Source of the DNA: Phoronis australis
Taxonomy: Eukaryota; Animalia; Phoronida
Length of the DNA: 64,000 nt
NCBI GenBank assembly: GCA_002633005.1
Contig: NMRA01000025.1
Span: 7,757 to 71,756 of the forward strand
Direction of reading: 5' to 3'
In this document: positions 24,601-34,800 of the stretch, one piece after another
Position numbering within the stretch: position 1 is the stretch's first letter
How the letters are laid out: each line of letters opens with the position of its first letter
The notes under the pieces: model-generated
Seen by the model: the letters and a program-made list of their open reading frames with translations, nothing else
Database searches by the model: none
Told to the model about the DNA's origin: nothing
Program-made: the position numbers and the translations under genes

Positions 24601-27113
24601 TGCATATGTGTCACATTTCAGAGAATTAATAGGCAAAAGTTGCATAATAAACCAATTCTAACAAACACAAAGATTCCATTTGTGCCAGATAGTCCCAGCC
24701 AAGAGTACAAACCTATGGACAGACTCGGCAGTGATCGGGTCAGGAATTCCTTTAATATATGTTCCTGATGTGACATGTTTCCGAAGTTAGCCGAAGTTGA
24801 AAATTTTCTGTTCTCAAAATTTTGTGGGGAAGTGGGAGCATGTTTTACACGAATAATAGAAGAATATGGGGTATGAAATAAAAATAAATGTGGTTTATAA
24901 GCAAACTTTATTAACAGTCAACACATGTGTATACATATTAACTACAACTAAATAGCTGCGAACCAATCTCTTTAAATTGACGAGGCATCATTTGTCATTT
25001 TCACATAAATTGAAATCTAGCCATTACTGTACTTGGAAGGGATACAACAACTAACGGTTAGTAATAAATCTGTCGTTGGTCATTATATGCAACACTTTCC
25101 ATTAGGGCTCCAAGGTGTTTTTGCTCAAATATGTGTGAACTGTTAGTATGTTTACTCAGTATAATTACAAAATTAATACTCTACAGTACTACTGAAACAT
25201 TAGAATACCCCAGAGTCGGTGTGGTAAAAACCCACCCTCAGAGAAACAAAGTAATTAAAAGAAGCCCATTTGTTTTGTATGTAACTTCCATGAAAGTAAC
25301 CCTTTCTACAAAATTTGTGAAACATCTTGTCAAAAATTATGAATTCAAAGAAAATCATTGGCAAATCATTTGAAAACCAGTCAAACATCATGTAAGAACT
25401 TATGGCAGAAAGAGAAAGGTTGAAATTTTTCTTTTTCACGCATTAGTGCTGCGGAAAATAGTTGTTATAAAATAAGATAACATAAAATTAGTCTTTGTAA
25501 GCATTGGTAGTTGCCTTGGCTGAATGCTGCCTGTGGGCTGTCCTTGCTGTTTTTACCACATTGACCGGCAGACTTTGTTTTGATTGTTTAGAAAGCACTT
25601 GGGCCTGTTGGTGCCATGAAGTCATTTTTTAAAAATAAAATTTTGTGGGGTGATAACTGTTCTGTAACACAGACAATATGTAATCCTTCATTATAATTGT
25701 GGTTAGGCACGTCCTCTAACATGTTGGAAAAGAACACCTGAACATAACTGTCACTCACATGGTGCTGTTAAGGGAATACCTATTGTGTGGCAGCGTTAAG
25801 TCAACAACGTTTAGAGATAAATTATGTAACAAGCTCAAGTGAATAACCTCATAAAAGCCGGTGAAAGTTAATCTGGTACTGAGTTGACCTATGTGGCTTC
25901 CTGTTGGACCATATGAATCTCAAAATTTGTTATTTGTTACTATTTGCTCCATGCTAAACCCCTCCGCACACTTGGTGATTATGGAAACAATTAAGTCAAG
26001 CATAAACATTTTCATAAACCAGGTTTCTCACTCATCATTTTCCAAAGCCTTTCAAAATGGTTGGAGATGAAAGTAAACAGATTTTTTTGCAGTCATGGTA
26101 CATGGCCTGCTACATGGCCCGTGTTGAATGGCTCAAATAATTTTCTACATTCGTCTCAGAGAAATTTTTAAACTAACCTCTTAGCAAACGTTTCTAAGTC
26201 TGGTCAGCACGCCTCCTGCGGTCACATCACATGACCTAATGATGCCGGGTTGTCTGGTTAAAACACCACCTTTTGACCAGAACAATAATAACATCGCTAG
26301 CCAAGCTGAAGTCTGTGAGAGACAGATGCAACATCGCTAACTCAAGTAAACAAATTTCAGCATTTGACTCAATTTTTCTGTATTTTTTCTAGTAAATAGA
26401 AGTCCGAAAAGATTTCTGCTCTAACCTGGACTCGAACTTGGGATCTTCTGGTAACTACAGAGGCTCTAGTCCACTGAGCCTAGGAACCAGGTTCCTAGAC
26501 TGAGCCATTGGGACCAATACAGAAATCGAATAAGACTTTGTAGTTTAGTAGGCATCACACCCTTGAACTCCTGAGTGTATATAAATATATAAGTCTTAAG
26601 CCTGGGTGGAAATGTATCTCGCAAAGGACATTGCTTAGTCTGGTTTACATATTAATTATATTCACTCAGGAGTTCAAAGGCGAGATGCCCAATACTAAGT
26701 TTGATTGGATTTCTGTGTTCGACCTGAGGTCCCGATGGCTCAGTGGACTGGAGTGTTTGCACAGGTAGCAGAAAGTCCTGGGTTTGATTCATGGTTAGGG
26801 TGGAAATCGTTTTTGGACTTACATTCATTAGGAGTCACATTATGTGACCACAGGTGGCATGCAGAACAGACTTAAAAATGTTTGCGATATACATTTCCAC
26901 GGCGGTTCAAGATTTATATAATCTCTAAGTCTTTATATCAATTATTGATAAAATTGTTCTGCATATTCTGTTGTAGAGGATGACACAGAGATAACCTTTG
27001 ACCCTGATGACATCATCACAAACATTGAGCAGATCGATCCAGGTTGGTGGCGAGGTGTCGCCCCTGATGGCTCTTACGGCCTGTTTCCTGCCAACTATGT
27101 GGAGTTAATTTAG
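3608..27113 (+). CDS. DBNL: Drebrin-like protein / actin-binding protein 1 (Abp1), multi-exon, 5'-partial
   Basis: Manually spliced GT-AG exons 3608-3663, 4392-4504, 6842-6916, 7427-7508, 8626-8684, 9820-9897, 10706-10792, 12484-12603, 14331-14411, 17887-17993, 20658-20838, 23048-23174, 23548-23715, 26977-27113. Phases are consistent and the frame is open (1471 nt). The N-terminal ADF-H domain ([57 protein letters not shown]) and C-terminal SH3 ([44 protein letters not shown]) match the DBNL/Abp1 family. No first ATG exon found. Confidence 0.95.
4392..4504 (+). CDS. DBNL: DBNL exon (ADF-H: [38 protein letters not shown])
   Basis: ttttag / gtaggg splice sites; highly conserved ADF-H core. Confidence 0.95.
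5490..6288 (-). mobile_element. Helentron-associated (HINE/DINE-1-like) non-autonomous element
   Basis: Reverse-complement copy of the 47735-49131 family: AACAAGAG end, CTAGGGGTG, internal CCACTAGGGGG units, (GAC/CAGA)-type microsatellite. Confidence 0.6.
6842..6916 (+). CDS. DBNL: DBNL exon ([25 protein letters not shown])
   Basis: polypyrimidine tract + ccag acceptor, gtaggt donor; GEGV motif. Confidence 0.93.
7427..7508 (+). CDS. DBNL: DBNL exon ([27 protein letters not shown])
   Basis: caacag acceptor, G|gtaga donor; family-typical motif. Confidence 0.95.
8138..8500 (+). repeat. Dispersed repeat (GGGTACT..GGAGTA ends), related copy at about 45330-45790
   Basis: Shared GAAAATT.GGATACC, GGGAGCTTCCAT, CAGAAAC..ACCCTTT, AGTCAC, CTAT.GGAGTA. 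Confidence 0.65.
8626..8684 (+). CDS. DBNL: DBNL exon ([20 protein letters not shown])
   Basis: ttcacag / gttagt; similar to the GANYSFHKE segment after the ADF-H domain. Confidence 0.88.
9190..9522. mobile_element. MITE family A, with other copies at about 40620-40932, 55900-56090 and 56235-56590
   Basis: Imperfect TIRs (CCTGTTTAGCTGGCTAAAAAC / GTTTTTAGACAGCTAAGCAGG); interior GGCCAACCCC..CTGAAGC..TAACGGAAA..GAATC shared with the 40.7 kb copy. Confidence 0.65.
9820..9897 (+). CDS. DBNL: DBNL exon ([26 protein letters not shown])
   Basis: tttgcag / gtatga; PVGSVY..FW motif of the family. Confidence 0.92.
10706..10792 (+). CDS. DBNL: DBNL exon (charged helix [29 protein letters not shown])
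   Basis: ttttcag / gtaatt; purine-rich E/K/R codons, phase 0/0. Confidence 0.9.
11623..12060. repeat. Minisatellite, 15 x 29 bp (ATCCTGCTGGTAAAGACCTACCTGTACAT)
   Basis: GGTAAAGACC recurs every 29 nt from 11631 to 12037. Confidence 0.97.
12083..12293 (+). mobile_element. MITE family B (copy 1)
   Basis: TIR-like AAGAAACTGACTT..AAGTCAGTTTTCTT; interior is the reverse complement of 22201-22458. Confidence 0.65.
12484..12603 (+). CDS. DBNL: DBNL exon (charged helix [22 protein letters not shown])
   Basis: ctttag / gtatag; 120 nt open frame, coiled-coil composition. Confidence 0.82.
14331..14411 (+). CDS. DBNL: DBNL exon ([27 protein letters not shown])
   Basis: ttcatag / gtgagt; phase 0/0. Confidence 0.87.
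16478..16620 (+). repeat. Dispersed repeat fragment, second copy at about 54299-54425
   Basis: Shared CTTGGCGCAAAGCTGTATA..TAGTCTTCA..TAG.TGG..CT.AGGC. Confidence 0.6.
17887..17993 (+). CDS. DBNL: DBNL exon ([35 protein letters not shown])
   Basis: tttgcag / gtaata; EA..I.QR..NPR..FKQ-like family motif. Confidence 0.9.
18133..19957 (+). mobile_element. Non-autonomous Kolobok-like DNA transposon with a THAP remnant
   Basis: TTAA on both flanks (18129-18132, 19958-19961); TIRs AGGAGAATGCCA(T/C)CT(G/A)A; internal THAP domain. TTAA TSD, purine-starting short TIRs and THAP together fit Kolobok. Confidence 0.8.
18306..18707 (+). pseudogene. THAP zinc-finger domain pseudo-ORF (transposase N-terminus)
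   Basis: [61 protein letters not shown]. CxxxxC, FFRFP, W, HF and AVPS motifs are present; there is a stop at codon 3 and the third Cys appears mutated to Phe. Confidence 0.85.
20658..20838 (+). CDS. DBNL: DBNL exon (Pro-rich, with (REPSPEPV)n repeat)
   Basis: aatgcag acceptor; [60 protein letters not shown]; the 3' boundary is ambiguous among four in-frame donors. Confidence 0.82.
21511..21775 (+). repeat. Dispersed repeat (MITE-like), second copy at about 33012-33305
   Basis: Shared ATCCTAGTTTGCACTTGT..AAGTCTGAACT.GAAATTTTGA..TAGGGGTCATCAA..CATAA.GTACT.GAGCAC. Confidence 0.7.
21811..22198. mobile_element. MITE with about 70-bp imperfect TIRs and an internal 33-bp direct duplication
   Basis: GGTCTTAAGAAATAA.. 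/ ..TTATTTCTTGAGACC; ACGGGGTGATTTTCTTATTTTCCGTCCATTCTT occurs twice (about 21958 and 22002). Confidence 0.65.
22201..22458 (-). mobile_element. MITE family B (copy 2, inverted relative to 12083-12293)
   Basis: AAGTTTCAAGGTTTTGAAGTTGAGGC and AAGTTTTGTCTTAACTTTGACTAA are near reverse complements of copy 1 segments. Confidence 0.65.
23048..23174 (+). CDS. DBNL: DBNL exon ([32 protein letters not shown])
   Basis: gttcag / G|gtatgt; phases fit both neighbours. Confidence 0.85.
23548..23715 (+). CDS. DBNL: DBNL exon (linker + SH3 start ..[12 protein letters not shown])
   Basis: tttttag / G|gtaagt; ALYDY SH3 signature. Confidence 0.92.
26181..26920. repeat. Inverted pair of tRNA-derived SINE-like repeats
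   Basis: Minus copy (A box GGCTCAGTGG, B box GTTCGAGTCC at about 26480-26427) and plus copy (TGGCTCAGTGG at 26736, GTTTGATTC) with complementary flanks. Confidence 0.75.
26977..27113 (+). CDS. DBNL: DBNL last coding exon (SH3: [45 protein letters not shown])
   Basis: ttgtag acceptor; WWRG and [10 protein letters not shown]3 signatures; TAG at 27111-27113. Confidence 0.96.
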
Positions 27114-27399
27114 ACAATAATTCCATTTCTTGCTGCAAAGTCAAATTTTCTGTTAACTTAATCACTATTGCTTTTACTATGCATGTCACTTTGTTTCTAA
27201 AATTTGTAAGAATCATGTGGTTTATACTAAGAGATACAGCTTTACATCTGCTAGTTCGAAAAGTAGATGAAACTATCATAAACATGAACCACTTTTCCAT
27301 GTGCTTGTCGGAGGCATGGGAGATGCAATCTTTAAATTGTAACAAGCAAGACTGAAGGTGTGGGCTGCATTAAGTCACCATGACTGGTGAAGGCTTCAA

Positions 27400-28030
27400 A
27401 GACTATGCCACTACTAACCAGTTGTTCAACACCATTACCATTAAACTACTAAGGATTGCTTCATGTAATGATATATAATGTAACACCTTTACAACACACC
27501 ACAGAGTATATTTACTTGTCATAATCAGTTATGCAACACTTACCATCACCACTGAGAGTTATTTCATGTAATGACCAGTTATTTAACACCTTTTTGAATA
27601 CACCCCTAAACCATTTAAACATCTGTTCTATTGCACCACCAAGGATTTTTACCTGTTGTGTAACATGAGTAAGAATTATAATTTCAAGTAAGAGTGTGTT
27701 GTATGGCATGTATGAGACTTTATTCCTGTAACTCATGTGCAACACCTCTATCATTATTCCACTGAGGATTATTATGTGTTATTATTACCACTACACCACT
27801 GAGGATTATTTCCTGTAATAATCAGTTGCATAATTCCTTTACATTACATCACTAAGGATTGATATGTGTAATAATCAAATCTTGAACACATTGAACACAT
27901 ACTACACGATTGATAATTATTACATATAATTAACACTGTTGTATTAACACCTTTACAATTACACCACTGAGGATTATTTCACATAGTAATCAGTTGTGGA
28001 GGTTTGTTAGTACCTCTAATAATCAGTTGA
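27400..28030. repeat. Degenerate tandem repeat of about 55 bp (ACACCACTGAGGATTATTTCATGTAATAATCAGTT..) in the putative DBNL 3' UTR
   Basis: Recurrent CCACTGAGGATTATT, TAATCAGTT and AACACCTTT motifs. Confidence 0.7.
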
Positions 28031-28818
28031 ATACAGTAGTTTAGTCATACTTCTGATATGTTGGACAAATGGTCAGTTTGATAGGTTTAATCGCTTCTCG
28101 GTCATGTTTTTGCTACTTTCAAGTTCACTATCTTTTGTGTAGTTCAAATCTAGTAAGCATTTCTTTTCATCTTGATAATCTAGTTCACTCTTGATGTATG
28201 TGGGTATGGTAAAATGCCGCCAGTTAGGAAACAATATGACAGATTGTGTTTAGGTTTTATACTATGGCTATCCTTGGGCAATGTTTTGAGAAGTTGTGGG
28301 GATTCATAATAGTGTTTGAGGCCTTATGAAAATAAAAAAGATCAGTTTGGCAATTACATTCATTGGTAGTAAATTGATGAAATTTTATAGTATTTGTTTA
28401 AAGACAATGGTGAATGATTTTCTTGGCTGGTGTTTTCAAAACATTTTATAAAACAGACTGATATTAACCATTAAACTATAAATTAATATTTTACAAGTTT
28501 AGCTTTATGGTTGGAATTGTTGTAGATGTGATGAGATTTAGTAAACTACTTAACATGTCTTGTATCTTATCCGGCAATACTGTATAAGAAACTTGTACGG
28601 TATATCATTCCAGGTATTTTCAAATTAGTCGAAACAGTATTTAGCGTTTCATATATTAGTGAATGGCGTATGCATGATGTAAGTTTTAGGTTTACCAACC
28701 AATGAAGGTATGAATTTAAAGACGTTTCTAAGAATGGTGCCTTGAATATTGGTTATATTGCTTTTAAGTAACTGTTAAACTTGTGAACTGTTCAATATTT
28801 TCTCACATGAAATATTTT

Positions 28819-28824
28819 AATAAA
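28819..28824 (+). terminator. Candidate DBNL polyadenylation signal (AATAAA)
   Basis: AATAAA about 1.7 kb after the stop; another AATAAA lies at 28331, so the site used is unknown. Confidence 0.4.
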
Positions 28825-29507
28825 ACATTCTCTGCTAGAGAATACCTATTAGTTTTTGCTGCAAATGCGTCCTATAGTTTCATTTTCAGTTGTTACATAT
28901 TCTGCTACGTTCACTACTGTTGGTCAAACCATTATTTGACCAGTCAAATTGGTTCAAGAGCTTCTGATTGCCTGGGAGGAGGTCAACTGAGATGCATAGA
29001 AAAAAATTGGTAGTTTCACATCAAACTTTTCGATGTACGTGAAAGTCAGATTTTTGCTTGACGAATTGCATTACAGTTGTTCTGGTTGATGCTGTCAGCC
29101 CTTCAGATTAGTTGCTTTACTCTCATGAAATCGCAGTCTGGTTAGATATGACTTAGTACGCAATAATTACCTGTATCTCATACTGACGGCAACTGACCAT
29201 CTGGGTACCCACATGTCACTGAGCAAATAGCGTTCAAGATTTTACTAGGCAGAATAGTGATGGAACATATTGAGATCAGGGTACTAACTGCCTGCTAGAT
29301 GTACATTACTTGGAAGTTCAGGATAATACTGCAGGTCAGATGACAATATTGAAAAGATCATGAGGATAACTAACTGTTATGATGTACTTGTGAATGCGTA
29401 TCCGGTCAGCAGGTGTCATTTAATTTTTTTTTGTCCATATGCATGTCTGCTTTGTGCATTGGGTTTATTTAATTCTTTTTGGTTTGTATGGTGTCAAAAC
29501 TGTCTTT

Positions 29508-30139
29508 AAGGCTATGTGGGACCTCATCAACAATTCAGCCAAATATCAGGCTGAGTAAAGGTTAATTATTTTGTGAAGCCAGAAATATTGATGGGTCGTG
29601 CGACCGTGTCGTTTTAGTAAAAGTCAAGAAGAATCTACTTGGTAAATTCATAGCCAAGTGACGTCAACAACACAACATAAATTTTGTTCCATGTAAATGT
29701 TCAAGATTAATTGATTATCTCAAAAATTGTTTTCTGTTGCTGAAGTTTTCTAAATTATTTCATTTTGTTTTATGCAACTTCTTGTTTTTTTTTCAAAAAC
29801 TGAAAATTGTATAAAAGTCCTACTTTTGAAAGCAGCCTTCTTGCCAAAAGTGGACCATTTCAAGAACACTCTCTAATAGCAATTTGGATAATGTGCATAA
29901 AACATATTACAAGATCTTGCAGTTGTCTATGAACACCCCCAGAGGCTGACGAAAATCCTCAGGAGCCAGGCGGCTCTGTAGGAAATATATTAATTTATAG
30001 TAAATTCCAGCAGTAGTGATTTATTATTTATTGCATATAATATCTGAAAGTTCCGTTTGAATCCAGCTAGTGGTCTCTGATGTATGAAGTTTCAATGCTA
30101 GCCCAATTTGTATATTTTTCTAAGGTCCCACATAATCTT
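29508..30139. mobile_element. MITE-like element in the intergenic gap between the convergent genes
   Basis: TIR AAGGCTATGTGGGACCT / AGGTCCCACATAATCTT (15/17); TTAA overlaps the left end. Confidence 0.55.
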
Positions 30140-30242
30140 GCTTTGAAATGGCACTTGCAGCACTTAATTCACTTAGATGAGTGAACTTTGCTCTACATGA
30201 AAACGTTAATGAAAACGCCAAATTGAGGTCCTATCTGTATTC

Positions 30243-30248
30243 TTTATT
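30243..30248 (-). terminator. Candidate SLC49A3 polyadenylation signal (AATAAA on -)
   Basis: tttatt on +, about 1.4 kb downstream of the stop, at the end of a U-rich UTR-like tract. Confidence 0.45.
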
Positions 30249-31650
30249 AGTACAACAATATCAAATATACAAACAAATAATAAAATTAATGTTACAATAG
30301 TTTTTTTTTACAAAATAATTGATTGGAAGTTTGCTTCATCAACAACTCTTATGAACCAAGCATAGATGCCAACAATTCCATAAACATAGAACTTTGATAA
30401 AGCAAATTATTCTACCTAGAATATCCAAGGGATACTTGCAGACAGTGATACTTGGCACATTCCAAAAAAGGTGATAGACAGAAATGCAACACTGGCTGTG
30501 GGGTTCTTTAACATACATAACATAACCCACAATTTGGAAAAATAAAAAATAGAAACAGTGAGTGCAGCAAATACAGTTAAAATTCCCAAGTCGGACTTGA
30601 TTCAACTCCCTGACACTTTTCACTTGTGCGCCGTACACTAGACCCTTCACATCAATCAGAGGGATTTCGTCTTAATACTTGGAAAATCTGTCCAGTTGGA
30701 TGCGATTCAGGCAATCTTAAATATATTTTAACAGAAAAAGGTTGTTTGTGATTTAGTAATACCAATTCACAAAGTAGGCTTAAAATCAAAACATCAATTA
30801 AATGAATTGTTAAATTCATTAACAATAAAAACATGCTGCACACATAGACCACGAGTTAGTGCAGACTCTAACCCAGTTTGAGGTATTGATTTGATAATAA
30901 GATTTTGGTTAAGAGACTTATAAATGATGGTCCTCGGACATTGTAACCATAAAATGGTACAACAGTTGGTGGCATAAATTTCCACTTTCTAGTAATAACA
31001 CCACAGTCAACCATTCACAATAAACGTGGTAAATAATTGTTTTAATAATTTCCTCTACTACAAGAAAATTGAATGAAAGAATTAACATGGACCTATAGTG
31101 CTGTCATTTCTCATCCAGTCATTGAACAAACAGAAACAGCTGATAATTCCCTTAATTGCAAGACCACATAAAAAGTGGAAGAATGTTTGGCACATAGACC
31201 TATAGTGTTGACATGTTTATCAAATTCCTGAACAAACAAACTATTCTTCCACAATACTAGACCAAACAAATATCACGTGACTGAAAATCAAGCTGTAAAT
31301 AAGCAAGTGATGGTTATGTGGTCATGCACATTGAGGATATTTAGCCATAAACTTCACACCAGAAAATAAATGTATCAAATCCAGAAAGTGACTTATTTTG
31401 TGATACCTGAAAATATAGTAGAGGCATAGGGGATTCCCAATACACGTGTTAGAAAAACTGCTCATTACAATTTAAGTATTGCATTCAAAACGGGGCACTT
31501 CATCTTTCAACTTATTAATTCATTTGGCTGCATGCCCAAAATTCTGTCAATTAAAACAAACCATACTAAAATTGACACTACTAACTGATGGCCAAAAGCT
31601 TTGTGTAATACATTCAACAAATATATTTTTTGACATAACACAAAAAAATG

Positions 31651-31817
31651 CTAAGCCTGGAGAGGAGCTGGCGTACTTGGTCGACTAGCGTCTACATTCA
31701 AAATGCTCGCTGCTGTGATTTGCTGTTCAGCCTCTAGGCGGTGATAGCGTGGTCGAAAGAAGATGGCAAGAACTATTGCACTGAGGACCACAATGCCACA
31801 CAATAACAAGTTAGGAA
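31651..31817 (-). CDS. SLC49A3: SLC49A3 exon 11 (VPNLLLCG..FFRPRYHRLEAEQ..PAPLQA*)
   Basis: gtttcag acceptor; last TM followed by Y.RL.AE motif; TAG at 31653-31651. Confidence 0.9.
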
Positions 31818-34800
31818 CTGAAACAAAAAAGTAAAAGCCTGGAATAAGTCGTGGGAGCCAGATTTAGTTGTCCAAGAAAGATGTCAGATGTTAAACTATT
31901 TAGTAACTGAATTCACACGTTCATCAGTCATTGTTCAGAGATCCTAATAGGTGACATTTCATATTGGTGCTCTCTATACTAATGAGAGCACAGAAGTGAC
32001 TTCCGATTACCGAGCCCAGTTCACATTTGTACAGAAATGCCATTGCTACATAGTGGTTCATTAATTTAAAAACAGAGGACTAAATTCCACTTGTAGCCCT
32101 CCAATTGTTTGAAAAGTTAATAAGTTCACTAAATTTAGTGTAACTTTTTGACACTGGCTGCGATCACTATTTACCAACTTTACCAGCGGCAACCACTGGC
32201 TTTGTTGTCCATTCTTCTTCTCAGTGGGAAATGTGTGGAATATGATGTCCTTTATCCATTGGTATTTCTAAAGGTTTGCCTTTTTTCGTAAGTACATCTC
32301 ACTGCATATCAGTGGAAATTTGCTGGCATTATGATACAGGAAAGGTGTTAAAATGCTGCTTATATCAGCCGGTAGAAACCTACTGTTCCCATTGCATAGA
32401 TCTGTAGGTGGCACTGAACGACTCTCCACCAAAGACCAGATCGCCATCTGGAGGGTTAGTGAATTTCAATACAGCGCGCCTATTTCGAAAGTCAGCTTTT
32501 GTCACAATCTTCCCAAACAATAAAAACAATTTTTGTGTTTGATCACTTGTGCCTCCAACCACTAAATGCTTTCATAAGTTGTGAATAGTGACTGTTATTG
32601 AGACCTTAGAGGCAAATTGTGACAATTTAGGTAGTGACAGCGAGCCCAAATGATCATAGTTCAAAAATTTAGGTCTCTACACACCTGGAATTGAAGACGA
32701 AGTGACGAGTAAAATGAAGAGAAAGCAGCGTCCCTTTATATTACTGGATAAAACAGCCCAGTTTAACATGGACTGTGTTAGGAAATCATTTAGAAAATTT
32801 GGTACATAATTCCTAAACATGTGTTGCCCATATCTGGTAGGCAAGCTGCATTAAAATAAATGGCTGGTCCCTAATAAACGTATATCTCAATTACAATCCA
32901 GGACTGGGATCTAATCTTTTGAAATCAGTTTTGTACTTTAATATACAATCAAGACACGTGTCTACAATTCTGTTGTGAAGTTCACTGTGGTTTACTTGAA
33001 TGACTTTCTAATCCTAGTTTGCACTTGTGATTTAAGTCTGAACTCGAAATTTTGAGCTAATTCACTCAAAATCTTGAGCTTTTTATTAAACTTTAAAGCT
33101 TAAATCTAGGGGTCATCAAATCCGAACTTGGACTAGAAACTTAATCCACATAAACCATAACGTACTTGAGCACTACAGCAGACACTTATCTTGAGGTCAT
33201 ATTAAAGCAGGATGGAAAATGTCAATAATAATTTAGAGTTCGGTTTTGAGTACAAAGATTAGGCCCAGGACTTACAATTACAATAAACTAACAGGGTATG
33301 CAGCGCAATTATGAGCTTGGGGCTGTTTTGGCATAAGTGCCCAATAAATACTGGTCTCTCACTCTGGGGTACATTTCAAATTACTACACAACAGTTTGTC
33401 TGTTGTCCCACCTGTGTAATCTTGTGCTGCGTGACCAGGCTGTCGGACATCACCACACTTTTCATATTGCTGGTCATAAGGACTCAAGGCCTGAACTGTA
33501 TTCATCATAAGAAGGATTACTCCAATACTGATGGCTTGGCTGAAACAACAGTCCAAAATCAACCACTAGACTAAATGCAATTATAGTACATTTTTATTCA
33601 GTATTCTTCCCAATCAAAATATGCCTAGTAAAATCTGTTTTGTTCTTAAAAATGAAATATGTCGAGACCCGGTAAAATTAGACACTGTAGAAACAGAAAA
33701 AACATGTGCAACACCTAATGAAGAGCCACACCCATTAAGGCTTGAAAGCTAGTGTTTTTAATAATAATGGTCATTATTATATTTTTACCACATTTTAAAT
33801 TGCTTTCTACCCGTTACTACATTGTTTTGATCTTGGCACTTTCTGTGTTGAACAGATACCATGAAACACCACTTTGAAGACTTTAGATTCAATGCAGCAA
33901 AATGAAGGTATTCAGCCTGAGAAAGATGACACATTTGGCAATTATTTTTGTGCGAAAAAACTGAAGGATTTCCTTGCGTCTCCGAAACTCTGATCTCTGA
34001 ACTTGAAAAGGACATATTTGAAAAATGATAAGGCAAACAAAACTGGTTAAATACAGGACATCTTTATTCCATTCCGTTTGTATCCTCGCAACATAGCTCG
34101 ACACTCAACAGAACATTGGTAAAGCAACTGACCAAGAGGCATGATTAAAAAGACAATACGGCATACACTAAAGAGCTGCTAGGAAATATTAAGGGAACAT
34201 TGCCTAGATATGTTAATTTTTTTTTCAGATAAACCTCCATCAGTTCATACCATGGCTAGCAGGATTGCCCAGTACCAGAGCCTTCTAACACTCTTCGGCA
34301 ACATTAAATCCTATTAGGCCATTGTATTTCACTTAGGTTTGGAGCCGGAGTTTACACCAAAAGAAGTAACATATTACTACGCAGCGTTCAGCTGTCAAAA
34401 TTTTAAGATACCCGGACAGGTTTCCTTTCTTTTCACTATTTTAGAAATGAGTCCGATCATTCAAACAATGTGATTGCATCAGGCAAGGAGCACTATGTAA
34501 ATCAGACGGGCATGCATTTACGCTTTTACTATTTTCATAAAAAATGGAAGTCAGTGTTATTCAATGTTGGTGGCACACTTTAAAAAGGAAGTCTTCGAGT
34601 ATTTAAAAATTGAAAACATTTTATTTATTTCACAATTAATCTAAAATTCGAAGATTTTAATAACAGATGGGCCCCTATAGTACTTTTATTTTGAGGCAGC
34701 TTAAATGACCCCCACCACAAGTGTGCATGTGGGTATGTATGTGGGTATGTACTATGCGGGTATGATCAATGTTTTCTCTTCATTTTCACGTTTGTTAAAG

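Noticed and set aside
26420-26800. Genuine tRNA genes
   Set aside because: A/B boxes are present but acceptor and anticodon stems do not form convincingly, and they are embedded in larger repeated flanks; the same holds for 47464.
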